Below are positions 1 through 8,604 of a stretch of 33,482 nucleotides of DNA, in pieces (the first letter of the stretch is position 1; the number at the start of each line of letters is the position of its first letter). This DNA is from Alphaproteobacteria bacterium. GTDB taxonomy: Bacteria > Pseudomonadota > Alphaproteobacteria > CADEGL01. The translations under genes and the position numbers were made by a program. Below the pieces are notes generated by a model, which did not search any database, was not told where the DNA came from, and worked only from the letters and a program-made list of their open reading frames with translations. The DNA lies in NCBI GenBank assembly GCA_963583595.1, contig CAUZWC010000003.1, forward strand, positions 1 to 33,482, read 5' to 3'.

Positions 1-250
1 CCGGATCGCGGATCGGGCACGTCCGTAGGAAAGAACAGGGTCAGGACGATCAGCACGATCCAGGCGATCACTATCGAAACGTCGAAGACGATCTGGGCGA
101 TGCGCCGGGCCCGGCTTCCGGGGGGGAGGGCGTCGCAGGGTCTTCGTGATGCTCCCTGTGACGGAACGGGGTCAGCACGTCGCGTTCGTGATTCTTTTCG
201 TTCCAGAAGGCGAAACGGCGCGGATCGTTGCCGTCGGGCGGCGCGGTCAT
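1..250 (-). pseudogene. Probable frameshifted small membrane protein, truncated by the window edge
   Basis: ATG at 250 has a GGAGA RBS. That frame stops at 71, but a shifted frame entered at the G7 run (120-126) reads GSRARRIAQIVFDVSIVIAWIVLIVLTLFFPTDVPDPRS, a clear transmembrane helix, open to the edge. Confidence 0.45.
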
Positions 251-397
251 TGCGGTCTCCAACCGGAAGCGGCGATTCCAGCCTATGCCTCGCCCGGCCT
301 TCTGCCTATCCGGCTGCGGTTCGGGGGCTTGCCGGTCCCGGCGCCGAAAGCAACGATCTGGCGGGCCGTTCTACTAGATCTCGGAGGAGGGACTGCG

Positions 398-700
398 ATG
401 AAGCCAATCCACGACAAGGTCGCGGTGGCGCTGAACTTTCCGGACAAAGTCTATATGGGTGCCTTCGGCCGCGATTCGAAATTCGAGGCGACGGTCGAGG
501 ATGACGGACTGCGCCTCAAACTCGTCCGCCCAGGCGAGGAGAAGCGCGTCTTCGAGCTGCATATTCATCACTATCTGCCGGCCGACATCACCGCCGAATG
601 GGCCAATTCGGTCGCTGCCGCACCGGCCATATCCAAGGAGCACCGTGACGATTTTCTCGAGGCCCTGAAGGCCGCCGAAAAGGCGGTCCACCATCGCTAA
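398..700 (+). CDS. Hypothetical protein (100 aa)
   Basis: Strong GGAGGAGG RBS upstream of ATG 398; typical high-GC3 codon usage; MKPIHDKVAV...AVHHR. No family recognised. Confidence 0.8.
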   Translation: MKPIHDKVAVALNFPDKVYMGAFGRDSKFEATVEDDGLRLKLVRPGEEKRVFELHIHHYLPADITAEWANSVAAAPAISKEHRDDFLEALKAAEKAVHHR

Positions 701-704
701 ATGG

Positions 705-1313
705 TCACCAGACCTGATAGTGGACCGCCTTGGGTACGCCGTCCTCGCCGTTGATCGGCATGCCCAGATCATAGGGACAGGCCGACATGACGACGATGCA
801 GTCCATCTCGGCCCGGAAAACCGCATGGTCGCCGGGCTTGGTGACCGGTGCGATATAGTCGATGCGCCCGTCATCGTGGATCGGGCAGTTCATCCACAGG
901 TTCAGCGGCTGCGGCGTTTCCGGCGGCGGCCCGCGGCCGATCGCGCGCAGGGCCTCTTCCAGATTGTTGCCGCAGGAATCGTGGAAGCCGTCATGCTTGT
1001 CCCAGATGTAGCGCCATTTGTCGCAGGCTGGCAGCACCACGTCGTGAACCCCGGGGGAGCGGTCCTCGACCCAGGTCAGGATGGGATGACGTCGGTTGGT
1101 GTAGAAGGCCTCGCCCTCGGCCGGGATCATCTTCTTCAGGCAGCTCTTGGTATGGCGCATGGACATGAGCTCGATCATGTCCTCGGCGTTGAAAGCCCAC
1201 ATGTCGATCACCTGACTGCCGTGGGTATTGACCATTTTGATGTGCTGACCCTTGCGCAATTCGGCGGCGCGGCCCTTGCGGGCAGGCACTTCCTGCATAA
1301 CGGAACCGGTCAT
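705..1313 (-). CDS. DUF1989 / urea carboxylase-associated family protein
   Basis: Motifs VPARKGRA, GSQVIDMWAF, HDVVLPACD, HDSCGNNL, PLNLWMN, VMSACP; three conserved Cys; GAGGGAG RBS. Confidence 0.88.
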   Translation of the reverse strand: MTGSVMQEVPARKGRAAELRKGQHIKMVNTHGSQVIDMWAFNAEDMIELMSMRHTKSCLKKMIPAEGEAFYTNRRHPILTWVEDRSPGVHDVVLPACDKWRYIWDKHDGFHDSCGNNLEEALRAIGRGPPPETPQPLNLWMNCPIHDDGRIDYIAPVTKPGDHAVFRAEMDCIVVMSACPYDLGMPINGEDGVPKAVHYQVW

Positions 1314-1326
1314 GGCTGTCTCCCTC

Positions 1327-2130
1327 TCAGTGCCCTTTCCAGGCGGGCTTGCGCTTTTCGGCGAAGGCGCGCGGGCCTTCGATCCGGTCCTCCGAAGCCA
1401 TCATCCTTTCATAGCTTTCCAACCCGCTCTTTCCGCCATGGGCGAGGGCCATGGCGTCCTTCAGCGGCATGCTCTCGATCTTGTTGAGTATGTCCTTCAG
1501 GGCCTGCAGGGCGAGCGGCGCACCCTCGGCAATACGTTGGGTCAGGGCGCGGCCTTCGTCCATCAGTTCGCTCGCCGGCACCGCCTTGTGGACGAGGCCC
1601 CAGCGCACCGCTTCCTCGGCTTCCATCCGCCGCCCGGTCAGCAGTAGCTCGACGGCGACATTGTAGGGAACGCGCCGGGGCAGGCGCTGGACCGCGCCGG
1701 CATCGGCCAGCAACCCGCGCTGCATTTCCGGCAGTTCGAACCAGGCATGATCGGCGGCGACGATGACGTCGCAGGCCAGTGCCAGTTCGAAACCGCCACC
1801 CACGGCCGCGCCGTTCACCGCCGCGATCAGTGGTTTGTTGAGGCCCCAGAACTCGGTATTGCCGGCGAAGCCGCCGGGGCCGTGGCTATTTTCGACGGCC
1901 TTTCCGTCCGCCTCGGCCTCGGCCGCCTCCTTCAGATCCCAACCGGCGGAAAAGACGCGCTCGCCGGTCCCGGTCAGCAGGCCGACCGAAAGCGCGGGAT
2001 CGTCCTGCAACTCTCGGAACGCGGCATGGAGGGCCCGACTCGCCGCGCCGTTGATCGCGTTGACGGGCGGCCGGTTGAAGGTGATTTCGAGGACGCGGCC
2101 GTCGCGCTTCGTGTGGACGATGTTGCCCAT
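1327..2130 (-). CDS. caiD: Crotonase-family enoyl-CoA hydratase, carnitinyl-CoA dehydratase (CaiD)-like
   Basis: FSAGWDLK, GPGGFAG.TE, AVNG.AVGGGFELALACD, LPE and EGPRAFAEKR.P.WKG closely follow E. coli CaiD as recalled. Start reassigned to MGNIVHT (2130). Confidence 0.8.
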   Translation of the reverse strand: MGNIVHTKRDGRVLEITFNRPPVNAINGAASRALHAAFRELQDDPALSVGLLTGTGERVFSAGWDLKEAAEAEADGKAVENSHGPGGFAGNTEFWGLNKPLIAAVNGAAVGGGFELALACDVIVAADHAWFELPEMQRGLLADAGAVQRLPRRVPYNVAVELLLTGRRMEAEEAVRWGLVHKAVPASELMDEGRALTQRIAEGAPLALQALKDILNKIESMPLKDAMALAHGGKSGLESYERMMASEDRIEGPRAFAEKRKPAWKGH

Positions 2131-2266
2131 GGGTCGGATCCTTCCGCCAGTTCCGCTCCGGCGCCGGGGAAGTGCTAATTTTGCCCTTCGCCCGGACCGC
2201 CGCCATGATAGTGCAACCGGCGAAAGCAAAGCGCCAGACGGGGAACCAAAGGGAGAAGACGCTCGC

Positions 2267-2623
2267 ATGATCACGGTCTACGGCATCAAAAGCTGCGACA
2301 CCTGTCGCAAGGCGCTCAAATGGCTGGGCGAGGATGGCATCGCCCATCGTTTTCACGATCTGCGGGAAGACGGGCTCGAAGCCTCGGATATCGCCGATTG
2401 GATCAACGCACTCGGCTGGCAGGCCCTGCTCAACACCCGCAGCACGACCTGGCGCGGTCTGGAGGAGGCCGAGAAGGCCGATCCGGATGCGGCCAAGGCC
2501 GCCGCCCTGATGCTCGCTCATCCGACCCTGGTCAAACGCCCGGTCTTCGATCTGGGCGGCGGGAAATACGCCCTCGGTTTCAAACCCGACGCCCCGGAGG
2601 CCCTGCGCAAACTGGCGGGGTGA
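2267..2623 (+). CDS. ArsC/Spx/MgsR family protein (YffB-like)
   Basis: MITVYGIKSCDTCRKA.KWL (CxxC), LLNTRSTTWR, HPTLVKRPV. Confidence 0.92.
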   Translation: MITVYGIKSCDTCRKALKWLGEDGIAHRFHDLREDGLEASDIADWINALGWQALLNTRSTTWRGLEEAEKADPDAAKAAALMLAHPTLVKRPVFDLGGGKYALGFKPDAPEALRKLAG

Positions 2624-2657
2624 CACGCATGGCTGGGTGTTGATAGGGCCGGGCGGA

Positions 2658-2693
2658 CCCTTCGAGACGGCCCTGCGGGCCTCCTCAGGATGA
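2658..2693. repeat. Single REP-like palindromic unit (CCTTCGAGACG-hairpin-CTCCTCAGGATGA)
   Basis: 33/36 identical to 8486-8521; lies between convergent genes. Confidence 0.85.
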
Positions 2694-2723
2694 TTGACGC
2701 GTCCTTGCTCTGCTCGCGATTCG

Positions 2724-4013
2724 TTAGATCACGTTGCGCGCGAGAATCTTGGTGCCGTCGCTGAAGCGCGACAGGCGGAAGGCGGAGATATCGAGTGAGG
2801 GCTTGCCGTCGGTCGCCAGTTCGGCGGCCAGCCGGCCTGTGATCGGCCCCATGCCGAAGCCGTGGCCGCTCAACCCGGCGGCGATGACCAGGCCGGCGGG
2901 ACTGTCCAGCCGGTCGATCACCGGGATGAAGTCGGGCGTGAAATCGATATAGCCGGCCCAGGTCTTGGCGATATGGACATCGCCCAGATCGGCGATGCTG
3001 TCGCGCAGCTTCTGGAAGGAGCCCGCGACCGATTTCGGATTCGGTTTCGGATCTAGGGCGCGGTGGCGGCGCAGCGCCTTGCCGAGGGCGGCCTGGCTCA
3101 GCCGCACGCCGAGGAAATCGAAGAAGGGTGTGCCGAAATGCAGCTTCAGGGCGCGGTTATGCATGCGCAGCAGCGGCAGGAAGCCCAAGCCGTCGAGCAG
3201 GGTGTCGGCCATGATGTCGTGATCGGCCTGGGTGCCGCCGGCGATATTGAAGCTGCCGTCGATGCGCTGGCGGAAGGCGACCCCGGCCCAGACCCCGGTC
3301 GCCATGCCGTCACGCGAAGAGGGGCTGGTGCGAGCGACGGTGCCGCGCATCCACAATTGCGGCATCCGCGCGCCGACCCCGCGCAGCATATGCTTGGTCC
3401 AGGCCCCGGCGCAGAGGATCACGGCGCTCGCCCGGACCGAGCCGCTTTCGGTCAGCAATCCCGTCACTTTGCCGTTGGACACCTCGATCCGGTCGACCGC
3501 GCAGCCGGTCTCGATATGGGCGCCCGCGCGCCGGGCCGCCTCGGCGATGGCGGGGGTCGCCTTTTCCGGCTCGGCCTGGCCGTCGGACGGGGTGTGCAGC
3601 CCGCCGACCACCGCGCCGGTTTGCAGGCCGGGCACGACCTTGGCCGCCTCGGCCGGCGTGACCATGCAGGAATCGACCTGGAAGGTCTTGGCGATGGCCA
3701 GCCAATTCTCGAACTGGGCGAGCCGTTCCTTAGAATTCGCGAGGACCAGATTGCCGCCCTGGCGCCAATCGACCTTCTCGCCGATCTCCGCTTCCAGGCC
3801 CCGCCACATCTGCTTGCTCTCGATCATTAGCGGAATCTCCGCCGGATCGCGCCCCTGCATGCGCACAAAGCCCCAGTTGCGGCTGGATTGTTCCCCGGCG
3901 ATCCGCCCCTTCTCGAACAGGCCGACCTTGTGACCGGCCTTGGCGAGGTGAAGGGCGGCGTAGCAGCCGACGATGCCACCGCCCACGATGGCGACGTCGA
4001 AACCCCGTATCAT
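2724..4013 (-). CDS. FAD-dependent oxidoreductase, DAO/DadA family (amino acid deaminase-like)
   Basis: DVAIVGGGIVG dinucleotide fold, AGEQSSRNWG, WAGYIDFTPD, SGHGFGMGP. Start reassigned to MIRGFD (4013). Confidence 0.9.
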   Translation of the reverse strand: MIRGFDVAIVGGGIVGCYAALHLAKAGHKVGLFEKGRIAGEQSSRNWGFVRMQGRDPAEIPLMIESKQMWRGLEAEIGEKVDWRQGGNLVLANSKERLAQFENWLAIAKTFQVDSCMVTPAEAAKVVPGLQTGAVVGGLHTPSDGQAEPEKATPAIAEAARRAGAHIETGCAVDRIEVSNGKVTGLLTESGSVRASAVILCAGAWTKHMLRGVGARMPQLWMRGTVARTSPSSRDGMATGVWAGVAFRQRIDGSFNIAGGTQADHDIMADTLLDGLGFLPLLRMHNRALKLHFGTPFFDFLGVRLSQAALGKALRRHRALDPKPNPKSVAGSFQKLRDSIADLGDVHIAKTWAGYIDFTPDFIPVIDRLDSPAGLVIAAGLSGHGFGMGPITGRLAAELATDGKPSLDISAFRLSRFSDGTKILARNVI

Positions 4014-4110
4014 GGTCTGTCCATCCGGTGCTCTTTGCTGCGGGGCGGCGATTGTCACGCCGCGCCTCGGCTTTGCCAAGGCCGCCGGCAAAAAGAGGGA
4101 AAGACGGAAA

Positions 4111-4908
4111 ATGGCGACGGTCGAAACCCCGCAAGGGCCGAAGTTGAAGCGGAGTCTGTCGCTGACCATGCTCGTTTTCTAAGGGTTGGGCGTCACGGTC
4201 GGCGCCGGGATCTATGTCCTGGTCGGGCGCGTCGCCGGCGTGGCGGGCCTTTATGCCCCGGCGAGCTTTATGGTCGCCGCCGTCCTGGCCGGGCTATCCG
4301 CCTTCGCCTTCGCGGAAATGAATTAGCGCTTCCCGCGGAGTGCGGGGGAGGCGGTCTATGTCCACCAGGGTTTCGGTTCGAACATCTTCGCCACGGTGGT
4401 CGGCTTGTTCGTCGTCCTCTCCGGCCTGGTCTCCAGCGCCGCGCTGTCGAACGGCTTCGTCGGCTATCTTCAGACCATGGTATCCGTTCCGGATTGGATC
4501 GCGTCGCCGATCGTCGTCCTGGCTCTCGGCGCGCTCGCGGCCTGGGGCATCGCCGAATCGGTGATCGTGGCCGCCGTGGTGACGGTGGTCGAGGTGGGCG
4601 CCCTCGTCGTCTTGCTCGGTATCGGCTTCGACCATCTCGCCGCCGCGCCCGCGAATATTGCCGATTTCGTGCCGCCGCTCGAGGCGGTTCCTTTGGTCGT
4701 CGTCCTCTCGGGTGGGGTCCTGGCGTGCATCACCTCGCTCGTCGTCCTGACCATCTTCGCGGCGATCAATCTGGCGCTGCTGGCGGTCAAGCGCCGCGAT
4801 CCGCGACCCGAGGGGGTCACAGTTTATCCCGCCATTCTGCCGGTCTGCGGCTTCCTCGCCAGCCTCGGCATCATCCTGTTCGAGGTGTTCCGTATCGCCG
4901 GTATCTGA
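4111..4908 (+). pseudogene. APC-superfamily amino acid permease pseudogene
   Basis: One frame reads LKRSLSLTMLVF*GLGVTVGAGIYVL...FAEMN*RFPRSAGEAVYV. In-frame TAA at 4180-4182 and TAG at 4324-4326. Only about 265 codons; the expected F-x-G-F-E TM6 region and following helices are missing near 4725. Confidence 0.88.
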
Positions 4909-4932
4909 TGCTGGGGCCAGTCCGTCCTCGGA

Positions 4933-6114
4933 CTAGAAGGCTTCCTTGAATTCGGCCCGGCCGCGCTTCTGATGCTCCTTCATCGCGTCCCAATCGACCG
5001 TGACGCCGATGCCCGGCGCGTCCGGCAGATGGGCTTGGCCGTCCTTGAAGGTGATGCCGCCCGAAAAGATTGGCTCCGGCCCGAAATCGAGGAAGGTGAC
5101 ATGGGATTCGCAATCCACCGGATAGTGGTCGCGAATGACCGAGCCGATATGGCAGACCGCCGTGTCGCCCAGCACCGAATAGGGGCCGGTATCGACGCTC
5201 ACGCCGATATTCGCGGCGGTGCAGATCTGGATCACCTTGAGGCATTCGAAGAAGCCGCCCAGTCGGTTGAGCTTGAGGACGATGCGGTCGCAGGCCTGCA
5301 TCCGCGCGATGTTCAGCATCGCCTCGGCGCTCCAGACGCTTTCGTCCAGGATGACCGGGATATTGACCTGCTGGCGGACATGAGCCGCGCCGGCCAGGTC
5401 GGCCAGGTTGACCGGCTGCTCGATCGAGAGATTGTCGTATTTCTCGAAGCGGCGCAGGACGCTGATCGTCCAATTGGCGCTCTTCCAGCCCTGGTTGGTA
5501 TCGGCGTCAATATAGATATTCGAGGGTGTGGCCTCGAGCGCGGCTTCCAGCAGGGCGAGTTCGCTCAGCAGCACGTCCCGGCTGAAACCCTTGGAATGCA
5601 TATTGTCGCCGATCTTGATCTTGAGGCCCTTGAAGCCCTGCTTCGCGAATTCGCGGCAGGCCTCGGCCATCTCCTCCGGGGTCTTGTGATAGAGGTTGGT
5701 CAGCAGGTCCAGGCTGGTGCGATAGGCGCCACCCAGCAGGCCGTGGACCGGTACGCCGCGGGTCTTGCCGGCGAGGTCGTAGAGCGCCATGTCGACGCCC
5801 GAACGGGCGATCCGGCCGCCCGGCATGCCGCCGCCGAAGACCGACAGCATACGCTCATGGCACAGCGCGAAATTCTCCGGATCGGCGCCGCGCAGAACCT
5901 CGTCATACATGCGGATGCATTCTTCCATCTGGCCCTTGGTCTCGACGTAGTACCAGGGCTGGGTGACCATCTCGCCGACACCCTCGGCGCCGTCCTCGGT
6001 CAGCACCCGCACCAGGTATCCGGGCGAGGTGCTGGGCCAGATGGTCTCGTCGTCCCAGGCTTCCTTCTTGGCTGTGGAATAGAGGCGATGCGCTTCGACT
6101 TTGGCGATCTTCAC
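4933..6114 (-). CDS. Mandelate racemase/muconate lactonizing enzyme family (enolase superfamily, MLE subgroup)
   Basis: VDMALYDLAGK..GVPV..LLGG, KxK (KIK), metal ligands in DTN/EQP/DES, second Lys in LKLNR, PGIG. GTG start with GAGGGG RBS. Confidence 0.92.
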   Translation of the reverse strand: MKIAKVEAHRLYSTAKKEAWDDETIWPSTSPGYLVRVLTEDGAEGVGEMVTQPWYYVETKGQMEECIRMYDEVLRGADPENFALCHERMLSVFGGGMPGGRIARSGVDMALYDLAGKTRGVPVHGLLGGAYRTSLDLLTNLYHKTPEEMAEACREFAKQGFKGLKIKIGDNMHSKGFSRDVLLSELALLEAALEATPSNIYIDADTNQGWKSANWTISVLRRFEKYDNLSIEQPVNLADLAGAAHVRQQVNIPVILDESVWSAEAMLNIARMQACDRIVLKLNRLGGFFECLKVIQICTAANIGVSVDTGPYSVLGDTAVCHIGSVIRDHYPVDCESHVTFLDFGPEPIFSGGITFKDGQAHLPDAPGIGVTVDWDAMKEHQKRGRAEFKEAF

Positions 6115-6245
6115 GGGCTTGTCCCCCTCGAAAAGGAATTGAACGCGGCCCTCCCGTCAGGCCGGGCCTTGCGGTTATACTGCGTCCAGGCCTCGATTGC
6201 GAAACCCGGATTGCAACCCGAAGCGCGGCCAGGGAGGAGATTTTC

Positions 6246-7160
6246 ATGAACCGCAATAGCGTCAATTGGCACGGCTCCTTCGCCGTGATTGTCACCCCGT
6301 TCAAGCAGGACGGCTCGATCGACGAGGCCGGCTATCGCCAGATCATCGATTTCATCATTGATTCCGGCTGTCACGGTGTGATCACCGCGGGCAGCACGGG
6401 CGAATTCTTTCTGATGAGTTCGGACGAGCGCAAGCGCGTCTTCGAGATCTGCGTTGACCAGACGGCGGGCCGCGTACCGGTCATCGCCTGCCCGGCGGCG
6501 ATCCGCACCGAGGATGTGGTGGACTATACCAAGGCCGCCAAGAAGGTGGGTTGCGACGGCGTGATGGTGCTGCCGCCGATCTACGTGAAGATCTCGGACA
6601 ACGAGATCGAGGAATTCTACAAGCGCGTAGCCGGCGAGGGCGGGCTGCCGCTCATGCTCTACAACAGCCCCTTCGCCGTGAACGTCTACCTGACCCCCAA
6701 GCTCATCGAGAAGCTGGTCAAGATCGACGAGGTCGTGGCGATCAAGGACAGTTCCTTCGACATGCTGCAGTTCTCGAATCTCGTGCGCTCGGTGAAGGAT
6801 GAGATTCGCCTGTTCATCGGGTTGGAGCATATGTTCGTGCCGGCCCTCGCCATCGGCGCCGACGGCGCGGTGGCGATGAGTCCGCCGATTGCCGGGCGCA
6901 TGGCCTCGGAACTCTATGATTCCTATGTCGCGGGCGATCTTGCCAGGGCGCAGGAACTGCATGTCCGCATGGCCCGACTCTACGACATCTTCGAAGTCGG
7001 GAGCATGTACAGCTGCATCAAGGAATCCTTGAAGCTCCAGGGCATGCCGGGCGGCTATACGCGCGCGCCGATGCTGCCCTTCGACGAGGAGCAGAAGGCG
7101 AAGCTCGCCGCCATCCTCTCCGAACTTGGCCTGTTGGAGGCCCGCAAGGCCGCCGAATAG
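6246..7160 (+). CDS. Dihydrodipicolinate synthase (DapA/NAL) family aldolase or deaminase
   Basis: VTPF, GSTGEF, LYNSP, Schiff-base Lys in AIKDSS; GGAG RBS. Confidence 0.92.
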   Translation: MNRNSVNWHGSFAVIVTPFKQDGSIDEAGYRQIIDFIIDSGCHGVITAGSTGEFFLMSSDERKRVFEICVDQTAGRVPVIACPAAIRTEDVVDYTKAAKKVGCDGVMVLPPIYVKISDNEIEEFYKRVAGEGGLPLMLYNSPFAVNVYLTPKLIEKLVKIDEVVAIKDSSFDMLQFSNLVRSVKDEIRLFIGLEHMFVPALAIGADGAVAMSPPIAGRMASELYDSYVAGDLARAQELHVRMARLYDIFEVGSMYSCIKESLKLQGMPGGYTRAPMLPFDEEQKAKLAAILSELGLLEARKAAE

Positions 7161-7182
7161 GCGCGAGGTTCGAAACGCTAAG

Positions 7183-7209
7183 GGGGCCGGCCACGTGTCG
7201 GCCCCTTTT
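7183..7209 (+). terminator. Probable rho-independent terminator
   Basis: GGGGCCGGC-cacgt-GTCGGCCCC stem followed by TTTT, about 22 nt after the DapA-family stop. Confidence 0.6.
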
Positions 7210-7245
7210 CTCGAGTCCGGCCCACCCGTTTCAGGAGACGTCGTC

Positions 7246-8460
7246 ATGGCTGAGAAAAGCGGCACCAATCTGCGTCACGGTTTCGCCACCCGCGCGATCC
7301 ATGAGGGCTGGGACCCGGCCGATGGCGAGGGCGCGCTCGTGCCGCCCGTCCATATGACCTCGACCTTCGCCTTCTCCAGCGTCGAGGACGGCATGGCCAT
7401 CTTCGCGCGCGAGAAGCCAGGCTATCGCTATGCCCGTTCCGGCTCGCCGACCATCTCGCTCCTGGAAGGCCGCATCGCCTCCCTCGAAGGGGCGGAGGCA
7501 GCCGTCGCCTTCGCCTCGGGCATGGGGGCGATCACCGCCTTCACCTGGGCCGTCTGCCAGGCCGGAGATCGGGTGCTGATCGACCAGACCCTCTACGGCT
7601 CGACCTTCGCCTTCTTCAACGAGGGCCTGGGCAAATTCGGGGTCGAGGTCGTCCATGTCGAGATGAGCGATCCGGCCAATGTCGCGGCCGCGATGACGCC
7701 GAACACGAAGCTGGTTTATTTCGAGACTCCGGCCAATCCGAACATGCGTCTGATCGACATCGCCGCCGTGGCGAAGATCGCCCATCAGGCCGCGCCTGAT
7801 TGCCTGGTCGCGGTCGACAACACGTATTGCACCCCTTATCTTCAGCGCCCGCTGGACCTGGGCGCGGATGCCGCCCTCCATTCGGTGACCAAGTATCTCG
7901 GCGGTCATGGCGATCTGATGGCCGGCGCGGTCGCGGGCTCCCAGGCGCTGATGGACAAGGTCCGCTTCAACGGCCTCAGCAAGTTCACCGGCGCCGTGCT
8001 CTCCGGCCTCAACGCCCATCTCGTCATGCGCGGTCTCAAGACCCTGGAACTGCGGATGGACCGGCATTGTTCGAGCGCCCTGCATCTCGCGCGGATCATC
8101 GCCGAACATCCGGCGGTGGAGCGGATCTATTATCCTGGCCTGGAAAGCTCGCCCTATCACGAATTGGCCAAGCGCCAGATGCGCGCTTTCGGCGGCATGA
8201 TAGCCTTCGAACTGAAGGGTGGTTTCGATGCCGGGGTGCGCTTCATGGACGCGGTCGAACTGGTGTCGCTGGCCGTGAGTCTGGGCGATGCCGAAACCCT
8301 GGTGCAGCACCCGGCCAGCATGACCCATCGGACCTATTCGCCCGAGCAGCGCGCGAAATACGGCATTGCCGAGGGTCTCGTCCGCCTCTCCATCGGCCTG
8401 GAAACCCTGGACGACCTGGTGGCCGACGTGACGCAAGCCCTCGACGCGGCCGCTCGGTAG
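7246..8460 (+). CDS. Methionine gamma-lyase-like PLP enzyme (Cys/Met metabolism family)
   Basis: FATRAIH, FASGMGAI, YFETPANP, VDNTY, PLP Lys in HSVTKYLGGHGD, AVSLGDAE..QHPASMTH, LVRLSIGLE; AGGAG RBS. Symbol withheld because specificity residues differ. Confidence 0.88.
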   Translation: MAEKSGTNLRHGFATRAIHEGWDPADGEGALVPPVHMTSTFAFSSVEDGMAIFAREKPGYRYARSGSPTISLLEGRIASLEGAEAAVAFASGMGAITAFTWAVCQAGDRVLIDQTLYGSTFAFFNEGLGKFGVEVVHVEMSDPANVAAAMTPNTKLVYFETPANPNMRLIDIAAVAKIAHQAAPDCLVAVDNTYCTPYLQRPLDLGADAALHSVTKYLGGHGDLMAGAVAGSQALMDKVRFNGLSKFTGAVLSGLNAHLVMRGLKTLELRMDRHCSSALHLARIIAEHPAVERIYYPGLESSPYHELAKRQMRAFGGMIAFELKGGFDAGVRFMDAVELVSLAVSLGDAETLVQHPASMTHRTYSPEQRAKYGIAEGLVRLSIGLETLDDLVADVTQALDAAAR

Positions 8461-8485
8461 GACGACTGACCGGAAACGCGGGTGA

Positions 8486-8580
8486 CCCTTTGAGACGGCC
8501 CTGCGGGCTTCCTCAGGGTGAGGCTGAAATGCGGTATCTCCTCATCCTGAGGAGCTCGCGCCAGCGAGCGTCTCGAAGGA
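8486..8580. repeat. Inverted pair of REP-like units (BIME/RIME-like)
   Basis: Left arm 8486-8523 and right arm 8540-8580 (reverse complement TCCTTCGAGACG-hairpin-CTCCTCAGGATGAGG). Each arm has its own internal hairpin. Lies between convergent genes. Confidence 0.88.
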
Positions 8581-8604
8581 TGATTGGCGAGTCGATCGCC
8601 TTGA

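Noticed and set aside
6246-7160. Housekeeping dapA
   Set aside because: Catalytic motifs are present, but the GSTGEF variant, overall divergence and catabolic context fit a paralogue, so no symbol was assigned.
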